Source: an uncultured Methanosarcinales archaeon (GTDB lineage: Archaea; Nanobdellota; Nanobdellia; Woesearchaeales; GW2011-AR9). From it: a DNA stretch of 20,000 nt. The stretch covers positions 375,809-395,808 of the forward strand of contig CAYFJV010000002.1 of assembly GCA_964343575.1 (NCBI GenBank), in the 5' to 3' direction. Shown piece by piece: positions 1-7,268 of the stretch. How positions within the stretch are numbered: the first letter of the stretch is position 1; each line of letters starts with the position of its first letter. The notes beneath the pieces were generated by a model that made no database searches, was not told the origin of the DNA, and was given only the letters and a program-made list of their open reading frames with translations. The position numbers and the translations under genes were made by a program.

Positions 1-140
1 ATAACTCCTCTATGAAAGAGATAGAATGGATGAACTAGGACAGTTGCTTCTCCTGTTTGTGTTGGTTGATCCGAGAATAGATAAACGCCTTGTTGCACTT
101 CTCTTGGTTCTAAAATCAGTGAGGAGAGAGGAACACGCAT
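1..140 (-). CDS. Hypothetical protein, 5' part only (runs off the window start)
   Basis: Manual translation from ATG at 140 gives MRVPLSSLILEPREVQQGVYLFSDQPTQTGEATVLVHPFYLFHRGV, open to the window edge. Co-oriented with the upstream minus-strand genes. Not in the ORF track. Confidence 0.55.
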   Translation of the reverse strand, partial: MRVPLSSLILEPREVQQGVYLFSDQPTQTGEATVLVHPFYLFHRGV

Positions 141-176
141 GAGCTCTTTTTTGTCTTGCCTATTTTTAAAAATTCC

Positions 177-350
177 TTAGCTTTTGTGTTTATGGGGACG
201 AATTACTTCTTCGGCTGGAACTTCCTCTCTAAACCCACAAGCTTTACAATATTTTACTAGAAACATTCCATCTGGAAATTTGTGCTGGCCCGTGTGTAAT
301 GCTTTTTTACACTCTGGGCAGAAATGAAGCCTGTCGAATTCTGTGTTCAT
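177..350 (-). CDS. Small zinc-ribbon protein (57 aa)
   Basis: Manual translation MNTEFDRLHFCPECKKALHTGQHKFPDGMFLVKYCKACGFREEVPAEEVIRPHKHKS*. Two CxxC knuckles (CPEC, CKACG). Below the ORF-track cutoff. Confidence 0.8.
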   Translation of the reverse strand: MNTEFDRLHFCPECKKALHTGQHKFPDGMFLVKYCKACGFREEVPAEEVIRPHKHKS

Positions 351-401
351 GGCTTATTAGAATTATGAGCTTGGTGATAAAGTTTTTGCTTGCGCTTTTT
401 C

Positions 402-998
402 TCACAATTCAATTATCTTTCCGGTCTTTCCTACATTCATTACTTTGGTCTTCCCGATAACTTCTTCAATACCATGGGTTTCATGAATGTGGCCACAGAT
501 GTGCACATCTGGTTGGAACTGCTCAATAGCTTTTCTCACACCAGAGCTTCCTGGAAACATTCCAAGGCCAATTATACTCTCGCTTGGTTGGACATGTGTT
601 ACCATCACTTTCTTCTTGATTCCTTCTAAAGTATCATGACATTTTTTGAGAGTCTCAAAGAAGTCCTTTTCCTCAAGTTGATGTACTCCAACATCCGCAT
701 AACCGCAACCAAAAACAGCAACGTCACCAAATTTGAGTACGTAACCATGCAGACTTTTGATATCGTAGCGTTCAACTAGAAAGTTTGTTTCAGCAAGTCC
801 TTCATGGTTTCCTGGAATAACTGCTACTTCTAAACCCTCTTCTTTGAAGGGTCCGACTAAGCCATCAAGGTTTCCTTCATGGTCGGCAAGATCTCCGGCT
901 AGCACTACAAGATCTACCTCTTGTTCTTTGCCCTTTTTAGCCATCTTTTGGATGAATCGCTTGTCTCCGTGGATGTCGCTGAGTGCTAGGATTTTCAT
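402..998 (-). CDS. Calcineurin-like metallophosphoesterase
   Basis: Motifs SDIHG, AGDL, PGNHE, TH and CGHIHE match the metallophosphoesterase pattern DxH-GD-GNH-H-GHxH. Confidence 0.92.
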   Translation of the reverse strand: MKILALSDIHGDKRFIQKMAKKGKEQEVDLVVLAGDLADHEGNLDGLVGPFKEEGLEVAVIPGNHEGLAETNFLVERYDIKSLHGYVLKFGDVAVFGCGYADVGVHQLEEKDFFETLKKCHDTLEGIKKKVMVTHVQPSESIIGLGMFPGSSGVRKAIEQFQPDVHICGHIHETHGIEEVIGKTKVMNVGKTGKIIEL

Positions 999-1089
999 GA
1001 ATATCTAGAAGTGGGGCGTATTTAAAAGAATTATGTGCCGTAACCGGGTGGTGGCGAATTTTGAGAATTTCTGAGTGTGGATGGGATGC

Positions 1090-1647
1090 TTATCTGCTCT
1101 TGAGCTTAAGGTCAAGGACAAGGTCTTCAAGCTTTCGAAGGTCATACTTAATGCCATCAACTTTCTTTCGAATTTCCCCGTTTCTGATATCAAATTTGAG
1201 AAGTTCTCCATAGATGTTGTCAACCAGATCTTTGATTTTTTCTACTTCGCTGTGTTTTCCTTTCCCGGCAAGATAGACTGCTTTTCTTACTAACTCTCCC
1301 GGAAGATCAGCAAGACCCAAAAGGTAATGGTTTGCGCTGACTTTAAGTTCTTTGAGTTCCCCTTCTTTGATGTAGAAATAATAAAGTAAGGCTTCAACAT
1401 ACTCTTGGATGGCAATTTTGTAAGAGCCCTCATAGAAGAGTTTTTGATCGTGCTTTGCAATAGCGTTTAGTGCTTGGCGTTCTGTTTCAATCTCTTTAAG
1501 AAGTTCTGCTGCTTTTTCTAGCTCATCTCTGTGGACTGCGTAGATAAGAAGCTTGCTGAGCTTGAGCACATCTCTACTTTTTTTGATAAGCTCTTCACGC
1601 TTAGCATCGTAGTCCTTAATTTCATCTCGAAGTTTTGCAAAGTTCAT
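1090..1647 (-). CDS. Translin/TRAX (archaeal C3PO-like) RNase
   Basis: REELIKKSRD...IYAVHR, QEYVEA and YLLGLADLPGELVR match the translin family with the acidic TRAX-type residues. Likely start is ATG 1647 (MNFAKLRDE); the ORF track extends it to 1716. Confidence 0.88.
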   Translation of the reverse strand: MNFAKLRDEIKDYDAKREELIKKSRDVLKLSKLLIYAVHRDELEKAAELLKEIETERQALNAIAKHDQKLFYEGSYKIAIQEYVEALLYYFYIKEGELKELKVSANHYLLGLADLPGELVRKAVYLAGKGKHSEVEKIKDLVDNIYGELLKFDIRNGEIRKKVDGIKYDLRKLEDLVLDLKLKSR

Positions 1648-2014
1648 TATTTTTTCTTCCTGTCTTAAATCCTTGGAGATCTTCATTATAGATTGCGCAA
1701 TGTCCAGCGTGATCAAAGACTTCTACTTGTGAAAAGTCTCCTGGATGAAGTGCTTCGAATCTGTCTCCTTCTATGTGTATGCCCATCGTAAGGTACTCAC
1801 AAGGTTTTTCTTGCTCACATACTTCTTCTGCCCAGCCCCTAAAGGTTACTTCTCCAATTCCAGAGTTGTATTCTCCTGTTTCATCAGTTGCGAGAATGTA
1901 AGGGTTGTCTCCAGTTAGCCCGATTTCATAAATCTCTGGGGGAGTGGTATCTCTTTCACAGCTAGCTCCGAAAAGGAGTAAAGTAAGGCCCATTCTTCTT
2001 GCAGCTTTTCTCAT
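1622..2014 (-). CDS. Hypothetical lipoprotein/secreted protein
   Basis: Basic N-terminus, hydrophobic stretch and lipobox-like LFGASC, followed by an acidic domain. Its 3' end overlaps the likely translin start by 26 nt. Confidence 0.6.
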   Translation of the reverse strand: MRKAARRMGLTLLLFGASCERDTTPPEIYEIGLTGDNPYILATDETGEYNSGIGEVTFRGWAEEVCEQEKPCEYLTMGIHIEGDRFEALHPGDFSQVEVFDHAGHCAIYNEDLQGFKTGRKNNELCKTSR

Positions 2015-2100
2015 ACTTTTCTTCTTGGGTTTAGTATTTTTATAAGCATTGCTAAAATTGAGGAAAATGCTTTGTTTTCCTTACATCCTGCACCACAAGA

Positions 2101-2110
2101 TTTATATATG
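2101..2110 (+). promoter_or_regulatory. Putative TATA box for the Sm-rpl37e unit
   Basis: TTTATATATG about 120 nt upstream of the Sm ATG. SD-like GGAGG at 2217-2221. Confidence 0.45.
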
Positions 2111-2229
2111 GTCCTTTAAAAATGGTCTCTAACAATTAGTTTGTTCGCTTGAAAGTTAAGTGAACCTTAAAAATACCTCACAGCTTGCTGTAGTTGGGAT
2201 TTTTGTTGTTTTATTTGGAGGATATTAAA

Positions 2230-2460
2230 ATGGAATCACACTCACGACCTTTAGATGCATTAAATGCAAACCGAGGAAAGATGGTTATTGTTCAACTTAA
2301 AAATGGTTTTTCTTACGTTGGAAAACTTAAGGCTTTTGACATCCACATCAATGTTGTTTTGGAAGAAGCAAAAGAAAGCAAAGATGGACAAATTACTAAG
2401 AACTTAGGAACCGTGTTCATTCGTGGTGATACTATTACCATTATTTCTCCAGCAGCTTAG
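2230..2460 (+). CDS. Sm-like archaeal protein (SmAP/Lsm)
   Basis: RPLDAL...VQLKNG..YVGKLKAFDIHINVVLEEA (Sm1) and LGTVFIRGDTITIISP (Sm2). ATG at 2230 follows GGAGG. Lies directly upstream of rpl37e, as is common in archaea. Confidence 0.96.
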   Translation: MESHSRPLDALNANRGKMVIVQLKNGFSYVGKLKAFDIHINVVLEEAKESKDGQITKNLGTVFIRGDTITIISPAA

Positions 2461-2507
2461 GCTGTTTGGGGCTAACATTTATAAAAAACCTAATGGGCTG
2501 ATTTATT

Positions 2508-2672
2508 ATGGGAAAAGGAACTGCAGCAATGGGAAAAAAGAGTGGGAAGACTTCTCACATTCAGTGTAGAAGGTGCTCTGCTCATGCGTATCACATTCGT
2601 AAAAAACGTTGCGCTTCTTGTGGTTACGGAGAAACCGCTACTGTTCGTAAGTACGCTTGGAATAAAAAGTAG
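2508..2672 (+). CDS. rpl37e: 50S ribosomal protein L37e (54 aa)
   Basis: Manual translation MGKGTAAMGKKSGKTSHIQCRRCSAHAYHIRKKRCASCGYGETATVRKYAWNKK*. Zinc finger CRRC...CASCG intact. Missing from the ORF track. Confidence 0.97.
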   Translation: MGKGTAAMGKKSGKTSHIQCRRCSAHAYHIRKKRCASCGYGETATVRKYAWNKK

Positions 2673-2730
2673 ATTTGCTTCTTTCTTACTTTATTTTTAG
2701 TTAGTTCTTGGTTTAATTTTGCTTTTTAGT

Positions 2731-3867
2731 TTACTTCCTAGAATACAGTGCCCTAGCTTTCTCTACCAATTCTGGTTGGATGTAATGCTTTACCGTTACC
2801 GTTGAGCGTTCTTCCCAAACATTATGTTTTTTATTGTAGTGCTTATGGCCAAGTTCTTTGGCAATGTTTAGGAAAAGAGAATTTACTTCGGCTTTACTTG
2901 CTGATTTTCTTCCTTTGAGGAATTTTTTCACTTCTTCGGTAGCGTAGTGTGACCTTACAATGTGAGGGTAGAATTCTTCTCCACAATATTTGTGAAAGGC
3001 TTTCTTGAACTCCTTCTCTGGCAGAGGCCTGCCACTTTTGGTAGCAAAGACAAAATCATTTCTTTTTTTACTTCGCATTAGCGCAGCTAATCTTTGTAGA
3101 TATTTTGCTGGGAAGTGCTTGCTAATATTTTGTGGCACACCATCTTTGCCAATGAATTTGAATGTGGCAGTTTGCTTCTTTTTGTTAAGTGTGATGTCTT
3201 TTTTCTTGATAGTGGAAAGTCCTTTGTGTTGGTGTTGCTTGAAATAGATCTCATTACCAATTCGCATTTTGGTGTGCAGAAGAGTGTACATTGGAAGTGC
3301 CATGGGATCTTCATAGTTCTTAAGTGCAGAGTTCACAGATCGTTGAAGCTTTGGGTAATGCTTTGCAAAGTTGTGCACTTTTCGATATTTTTTCTTAGTT
3401 GCCTTTGCCTTCTTTTCTTTACTGTAAAGGTAGGCAAAAGTTCCTCCCTTGTTCTGGTAAAGCACATCCCAATGATCATGATTTGTTTGGTCATGCACGG
3501 TTAGTTTTTTTGCAAAAAGAGAATAGGCTGCATTAAGTGAAGTTCCATCTGGAAGGGTGGTGAGTCTTGCTCCCTTCGGGTTGCCTTGTGGGTCACGCAT
3601 GCCTTTGAGAAATTGAGGATCTTTAGTGTCTCTTAGGTCGCTGAGCCGGTGATGCGCTTTGAATAACTTGATAACTTGCTGAGCTTCAGGAAGTTTTATT
3701 TTTGAGCGTTTCCAACCTTTGGCTGTCTTCTCATAAACTTTTAGATTTCTTGCTTTTATTCTCAATGTTCCAGAAGGAAGAGTTGTCTTGTTAGCCTTTT
3801 TTGCTGTGGCTTTTCTCTTGTTGTTTGTCCTTTGTCTTTTTACTTTGCTAAGAAGTTTTTTGAGCAT
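2731..3867 (-). CDS. DNA topoisomerase IB, compact bacterial/viral type
   Basis: Catalytic pentad in order: R202 (MRIGNEIY), K241 (FKFIGKDG), R305 (PHIVRSHYAT), H341 (ELGH), Y362 (KHYIQP). Also GLSTIKKKDI and KYRKVHNFAKHYPKL segments typical of TopIB. Confidence 0.85.
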   Translation of the reverse strand: MLKKLLSKVKRQRTNNKRKATAKKANKTTLPSGTLRIKARNLKVYEKTAKGWKRSKIKLPEAQQVIKLFKAHHRLSDLRDTKDPQFLKGMRDPQGNPKGARLTTLPDGTSLNAAYSLFAKKLTVHDQTNHDHWDVLYQNKGGTFAYLYSKEKKAKATKKKYRKVHNFAKHYPKLQRSVNSALKNYEDPMALPMYTLLHTKMRIGNEIYFKQHQHKGLSTIKKKDITLNKKKQTATFKFIGKDGVPQNISKHFPAKYLQRLAALMRSKKRNDFVFATKSGRPLPEKEFKKAFHKYCGEEFYPHIVRSHYATEEVKKFLKGRKSASKAEVNSLFLNIAKELGHKHYNKKHNVWEERSTVTVKHYIQPELVEKARALYSRK

Positions 3868-3878
3868 TTTTATTATTC

Positions 3879-4775
3879 TTATCTCTCTTTTTTGAGCTCT
3901 TCAAGGAGAAGAGAAGTTATATCCACCTTGCTCGTTTTGTTCTCAATGCTGTTTGTTGAGATGATTTCTTTAACTTTTGCTTTCTTGAGCTTTTTGAGCG
4001 CCCCTTCAGCATAAAGCCCATGCACACATATGGCAGTAACCTTTTTTGCTCCCAATTTTTTTGCTTTTTTAGCGGCTTCAATTACGGTGTGTCCTGTTGA
4101 GATGATATCATCTACAATAACCGCATGTTTTCCTTTCACATCAACTGATTTGATCATTCGCACCTCTACATGCCTTGAGCTGTGCCTTGTTTTGATAAAG
4201 AGGCTACAATCGCAGTCAATCTCTTTTGCAATAACTTCAGCCCATTGATAAGATTCACTGTCTGGCCCAATAATTACTGGGTTTTTGATCTTCTTTTTGA
4301 TGTATTGTCCCAAAAGTTTGTTAGCACTGAGTCGCTTTGCAGAGATGCTGAAGATCTCTTTCATGTTCTGGTACCTATGCAGGTGTGGGTCAATAGTAAT
4401 AATCTTGTTAAAAGAATTGTTGATGAGCTTTGCCATTACTTTACTTGAGACGCACTCTCCAGTATGAAATGCTTTGTCTTGGCGCATGTAGGCTAAGTAG
4501 GGCGCTACAAGAATAACTTTTTTTGCCCCCATTTGTTTGGCAGTTTCGGCAGCAAAAATAACTTTGAACAATGATGCGTTTGGTTTTGGTTGGAAGCTGT
4601 GCACAATTACTACTTTTTTTCCTTTGAGTGTATTTTTTTGTTTTGTTTGGAACTGCATGTAAATGTCGCCATCGGGAAACTGACTTACTTTGAGAGGAAC
4701 GTATTTACCTTTAGTCTCTTTAGCAAGTTTCTTTGCTATACTTGTAGAATTACCGCAATCTGTGAAGTAAAGCAT
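3879..4775 (-). CDS. prs: Ribose-phosphate pyrophosphokinase
   Basis: FPDGD, PYLAYMRQDKAF, IDPH, IGPD and VDDIISTGHT (PRPP-binding loop), CVHG. Likely start ATG 4775; the ORF track starts at 4832. Confidence 0.96.
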   Translation of the reverse strand: MLYFTDCGNSTSIAKKLAKETKGKYVPLKVSQFPDGDIYMQFQTKQKNTLKGKKVVIVHSFQPKPNASLFKVIFAAETAKQMGAKKVILVAPYLAYMRQDKAFHTGECVSSKVMAKLINNSFNKIITIDPHLHRYQNMKEIFSISAKRLSANKLLGQYIKKKIKNPVIIGPDSESYQWAEVIAKEIDCDCSLFIKTRHSSRHVEVRMIKSVDVKGKHAVIVDDIISTGHTVIEAAKKAKKLGAKKVTAICVHGLYAEGALKKLKKAKVKEIISTNSIENKTSKVDITSLLLEELKKER

Positions 4776-4842
4776 AGTTTGCAATAAAGAAGTTTTGCTA
4801 TATAAATCTGCTGAATGCTTGGTTAGAAACATGTAAAGAGAA

Positions 4843-5343
4843 TTATTGATTAGCTTTTATGAGTTTTCTGGTTTCTTTTTCTAAAGCTAACAGGGCTTTT
4901 AATATGTCTGAGAGCTCTCGAAGTTTCCAAAGTAGTTCATTCTTCTTTCTTTCTAGTTCTTGCCTTTGACTAGTCGTAGGGGTATCTCCCCCAAGGTTAC
5001 GAAGATTTTCTTGCAGTTTTGCAGAGAGTCTAAAGATTTCTTGACCTATTTCTGCAATTTTTTCAACTGCTTTAAGACTTTCTCTCTCTCTCTCTTCTAA
5101 AACAGGAAGTTCCCTCTCAATGATTATTACTAGACTTCTTAGCTTTTCTAGGTTCTCATGATTGAATTCTCTACTGAACACGCCGATCTTTTCTGCAAGG
5201 GTGGCTGGGTCGTAATGTCCGGCCCACCATATGACAAAGTCTATGGTTTGTCTTGTCTGTGCAAAAAGGTTATTTGTAAGATTTTCTTCTATCTGTTCTA
5301 GAGCAAGGGGATTTCCCTTAGTAAACCAATCTATAATTCCCAT
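4843..5343 (-). CDS. Hypothetical helical/coiled-coil protein
   Basis: 166-aa ORF, rich in L/E/K/R heptad-like patterns, with amphipathic N-terminus MGIIDWF. Confidence 0.7.
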   Translation of the reverse strand: MGIIDWFTKGNPLALEQIEENLTNNLFAQTRQTIDFVIWWAGHYDPATLAEKIGVFSREFNHENLEKLRSLVIIIERELPVLEERERESLKAVEKIAEIGQEIFRLSAKLQENLRNLGGDTPTTSQRQELERKKNELLWKLRELSDILKALLALEKETRKLIKANQ

Positions 5344-5431
5344 CTTCTACCCTTAGCTATACTTTTTGTTTATTTAAGTTTTGTTTTCTTCCTCGTAATA
5401 TTTATATAAAACTGAGGGGTAGCTTTTGTTC

Positions 5432-7039
5432 ATGGGAAAGGAAGCTAAAAAATCTGATTCAGGTTCTCAGAAGATGTATCACTGGACTGATTTTACTGCA
5501 GAGAAAGTGATTCGTGAGAAAGGTGATAAAGGTAGTTACACTGTTGCAAGTGGCATCACTCCTTCTGGTGTGGTGCACATTGGGAACTTTCGAGAAATCA
5601 TGACTGTTGAGCTTGTCAAACGTGCTTTGGAGAAACGAGGGAAAAAAGTGCGCTTTATCTATTCTTGGGATGATTATGATGTATTTAGAAAGGTACCTAA
5701 AGGTATGCCACAGCAAGAGATGCTTCAAGGACAGCTTCGAAGACCAATAGTGGATGTTCCAGATCCACATGGAAAAGAAGAGAGTTATGCAAGGTATCAT
5801 GAGAAACAAATTGAAGAAGCGGTAAAGTTAGTCGGTATTGATCCAGAATTTATCTATCAAAGTAAAAGATATCGATCAAGAGATTATGCAAAGGAGATGA
5901 AGTTTGCTTTAGATCATGCTGCAGAGATCAGAGAAATACTCAACCAGTTTCGTGAAAACCCTCTTGATGATTCTTGGCTTCCAATTGGAATTTTTTCTAA
6001 GAAGTTTGGAACCGATGTGGTTAGTAATGTTCGTTATGATGGAGAATGGTCAGTAAGTTATGATCTTGAAGATGGAACAACAGAAACGGTTGATCTTCGT
6101 AAGGATGGTAATGTGAAACTGAAGTGGCGAGTGGATTGGCCAATGCGTTGGAACTTTGAACAAGTGGATTACGAGCCGGGAGGAAAAGACCATTCAACTG
6201 CAGGTGGAAGTTTTGATACAGGTAAACAAATTATTCAAAAGCTTTGGAAAAGAGATGCTCCAACTTATATCATGTACGATTTTGTTCGAATCAAAGGCCA
6301 AGGTGGAAAGATCTCTAGCAGCAAAGGAAATGTTGTTACCCTCTATGATGTTTTGGAAGTTTATGAGCCTGAGATTGTGCGTTATCTTTTCGCAGGAACT
6401 CGTCCAAACAGAGAGTTTGCGATCTCTTTTGATGTAGACGTTATTGCAATGTATGAAGATTTTGATCGTTGTGAACGAGTTTATTTCGGAGTTGAGAACG
6501 GAAAGATCAGTGATAAAGATCGCGAGAAATTGAAGGTAGCTTATGAGCTTAGTGCAGTTGGCGAAGTACCTAAGGAGATGCCTTATCAACCGAGCTTTCG
6601 TCATTTGACTACTATTTTGCAGATCAATGCTCTTGATGTTGATAAGACGGTTGGTTACTATGAGAAAGAACTTAAGAATGATTTTGATCGTAAGCGCTTA
6701 AGGACAAGGGCGACCTGTGCTGCTAATTGGCTTAAGAAATATGCTCCCAAAGATTTCACTTTTAGTGTTCAGGAAGAATGTAGCGTTGAACTTTCTGACT
6801 CTGAGATGAAATTATTCTCTGAGATTGCATCTAAGCTTGTTGAAAAGGAGTGGACAGACACTGCTTTGCATGAAGAGATGTACATTTTAGCTAAGAATAA
6901 TGGTGTTCCAGTTAAAGATTTCTTTAGGCAGGCTTATCGGATTTTGGTTGGGAAGGAGAAAGGACCACGGTTAGCATCTTTTATTTTAGAGATAGGAAGG
7001 GAGAGGGTTGCTGGCCTTTTAGAAAAAGCTGTTGCTTAG
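5432..7039 (+). CDS. lysS: Lysyl-tRNA synthetase, class I
   Basis: SGITPSGVVHIGNFRE (HIGH), SWDDYD.FRKVP, KLKWRVDWPMRW, EPGGKDH, KISSSKG (KMSKS), C-terminal GPRL. Confidence 0.98.
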   Translation: MGKEAKKSDSGSQKMYHWTDFTAEKVIREKGDKGSYTVASGITPSGVVHIGNFREIMTVELVKRALEKRGKKVRFIYSWDDYDVFRKVPKGMPQQEMLQGQLRRPIVDVPDPHGKEESYARYHEKQIEEAVKLVGIDPEFIYQSKRYRSRDYAKEMKFALDHAAEIREILNQFRENPLDDSWLPIGIFSKKFGTDVVSNVRYDGEWSVSYDLEDGTTETVDLRKDGNVKLKWRVDWPMRWNFEQVDYEPGGKDHSTAGGSFDTGKQIIQKLWKRDAPTYIMYDFVRIKGQGGKISSSKGNVVTLYDVLEVYEPEIVRYLFAGTRPNREFAISFDVDVIAMYEDFDRCERVYFGVENGKISDKDREKLKVAYELSAVGEVPKEMPYQPSFRHLTTILQINALDVDKTVGYYEKELKNDFDRKRLRTRATCAANWLKKYAPKDFTFSVQEECSVELSDSEMKLFSEIASKLVEKEWTDTALHEEMYILAKNNGVPVKDFFRQAYRILVGKEKGPRLASFILEIGRERVAGLLEKAVA

Positions 7040-7061
7040 TTTTTTCTTTTAGAAAAGAAAG

Positions 7062-7187
7062 TGTGGACGGCAGGGTTCGAACCTGCGTAGGCACTAAGCC
7101 AATGGGTGTCTTCGCCAAGAAGACCTCAGAGATCTGAAATTTCTCGCCGCCTAAGCCCATCCCGTTTGACCACTCCGGCACGTCCAC
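7062..7187 (-). tRNA. trnL-UAG: tRNA-Leu(UAG) with 42-nt intron at 37/38; CCA not encoded
   Basis: Acceptor GTGGACG/CGTCCAC + A73. D arm CCG-GAGTGGTCAAA-CGG. Anticodon stem ATGGG/CCCAT with loop CT-TAG-G|A (anticodon 7153-7151). Long variable arm GGC-TTAGT-GCC. T arm GCAGG-TTCGAAC-CCTGC. Confidence 0.93.
7108..7149 (-). other. tRNA intron (relaxed bulge-helix-bulge)
   Basis: Removing these 42 nt restores a 7-nt anticodon loop. The central helix C32U33U34A35/GAAG has 3 pairs plus an A.G mismatch. The intron folds as a hairpin. Confidence 0.85.
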
Positions 7188-7240
7188 GCGAGCCTCGCGA
7201 GCGTGACGTTCAGTAATCTTCGATTACTCGCCACGTCCAC
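7179..7240 (-). repeat. 44-nt palindromic insert (7188-7231) flanked by a 9-nt direct repeat of the tRNA 5' end
   Basis: GTGGACGTG (minus strand) occurs at 7240-7232 and 7187-7179. Insert ends GCGAG...CTCGC are inverted repeats. Internal perfect hairpin AGTAATC-GAA-GATTACT. Confidence 0.75.
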
Positions 7241-7268
7241 ATGGATAGTGAATTCCTCTTTGTTTCTT

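Noticed and set aside
120..140. VPLSSL shared between this partial ORF and the ParB-PfkB fusion N-terminus
   Set aside because: Six residues only; the following sequence does not align in the visible part.
2731..3867. Calling this gene an integrase or protelomerase marking a mobile element
   Set aside because: RIGNExY, GLxT and FxFxGKxG motifs are TopIB-type. The flanks are housekeeping genes and no att-like repeats were seen.
5081..5095. (TC)n dinucleotide run
   Set aside because: It encodes ERERES in frame within the coiled-coil protein; no sign of a frameshift.
7102..7160. Alternative splice position giving a Ser anticodon (UGA/AGA)
   Set aside because: It would put a pyrimidine at position 37, and the discriminator is A73, which fits Leu.
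6981..7187. 68-aa minus-strand ORF in the track
   Set aside because: It is a translation of the tRNA-Leu gene and overlaps the lysS 3' end.
7108..7232. Hammerhead ribozyme in the intron or insert (CTGA...GAA...GTC)
   Set aside because: The CUGAnGA and GAAA cores and the three-stem arrangement are not present.
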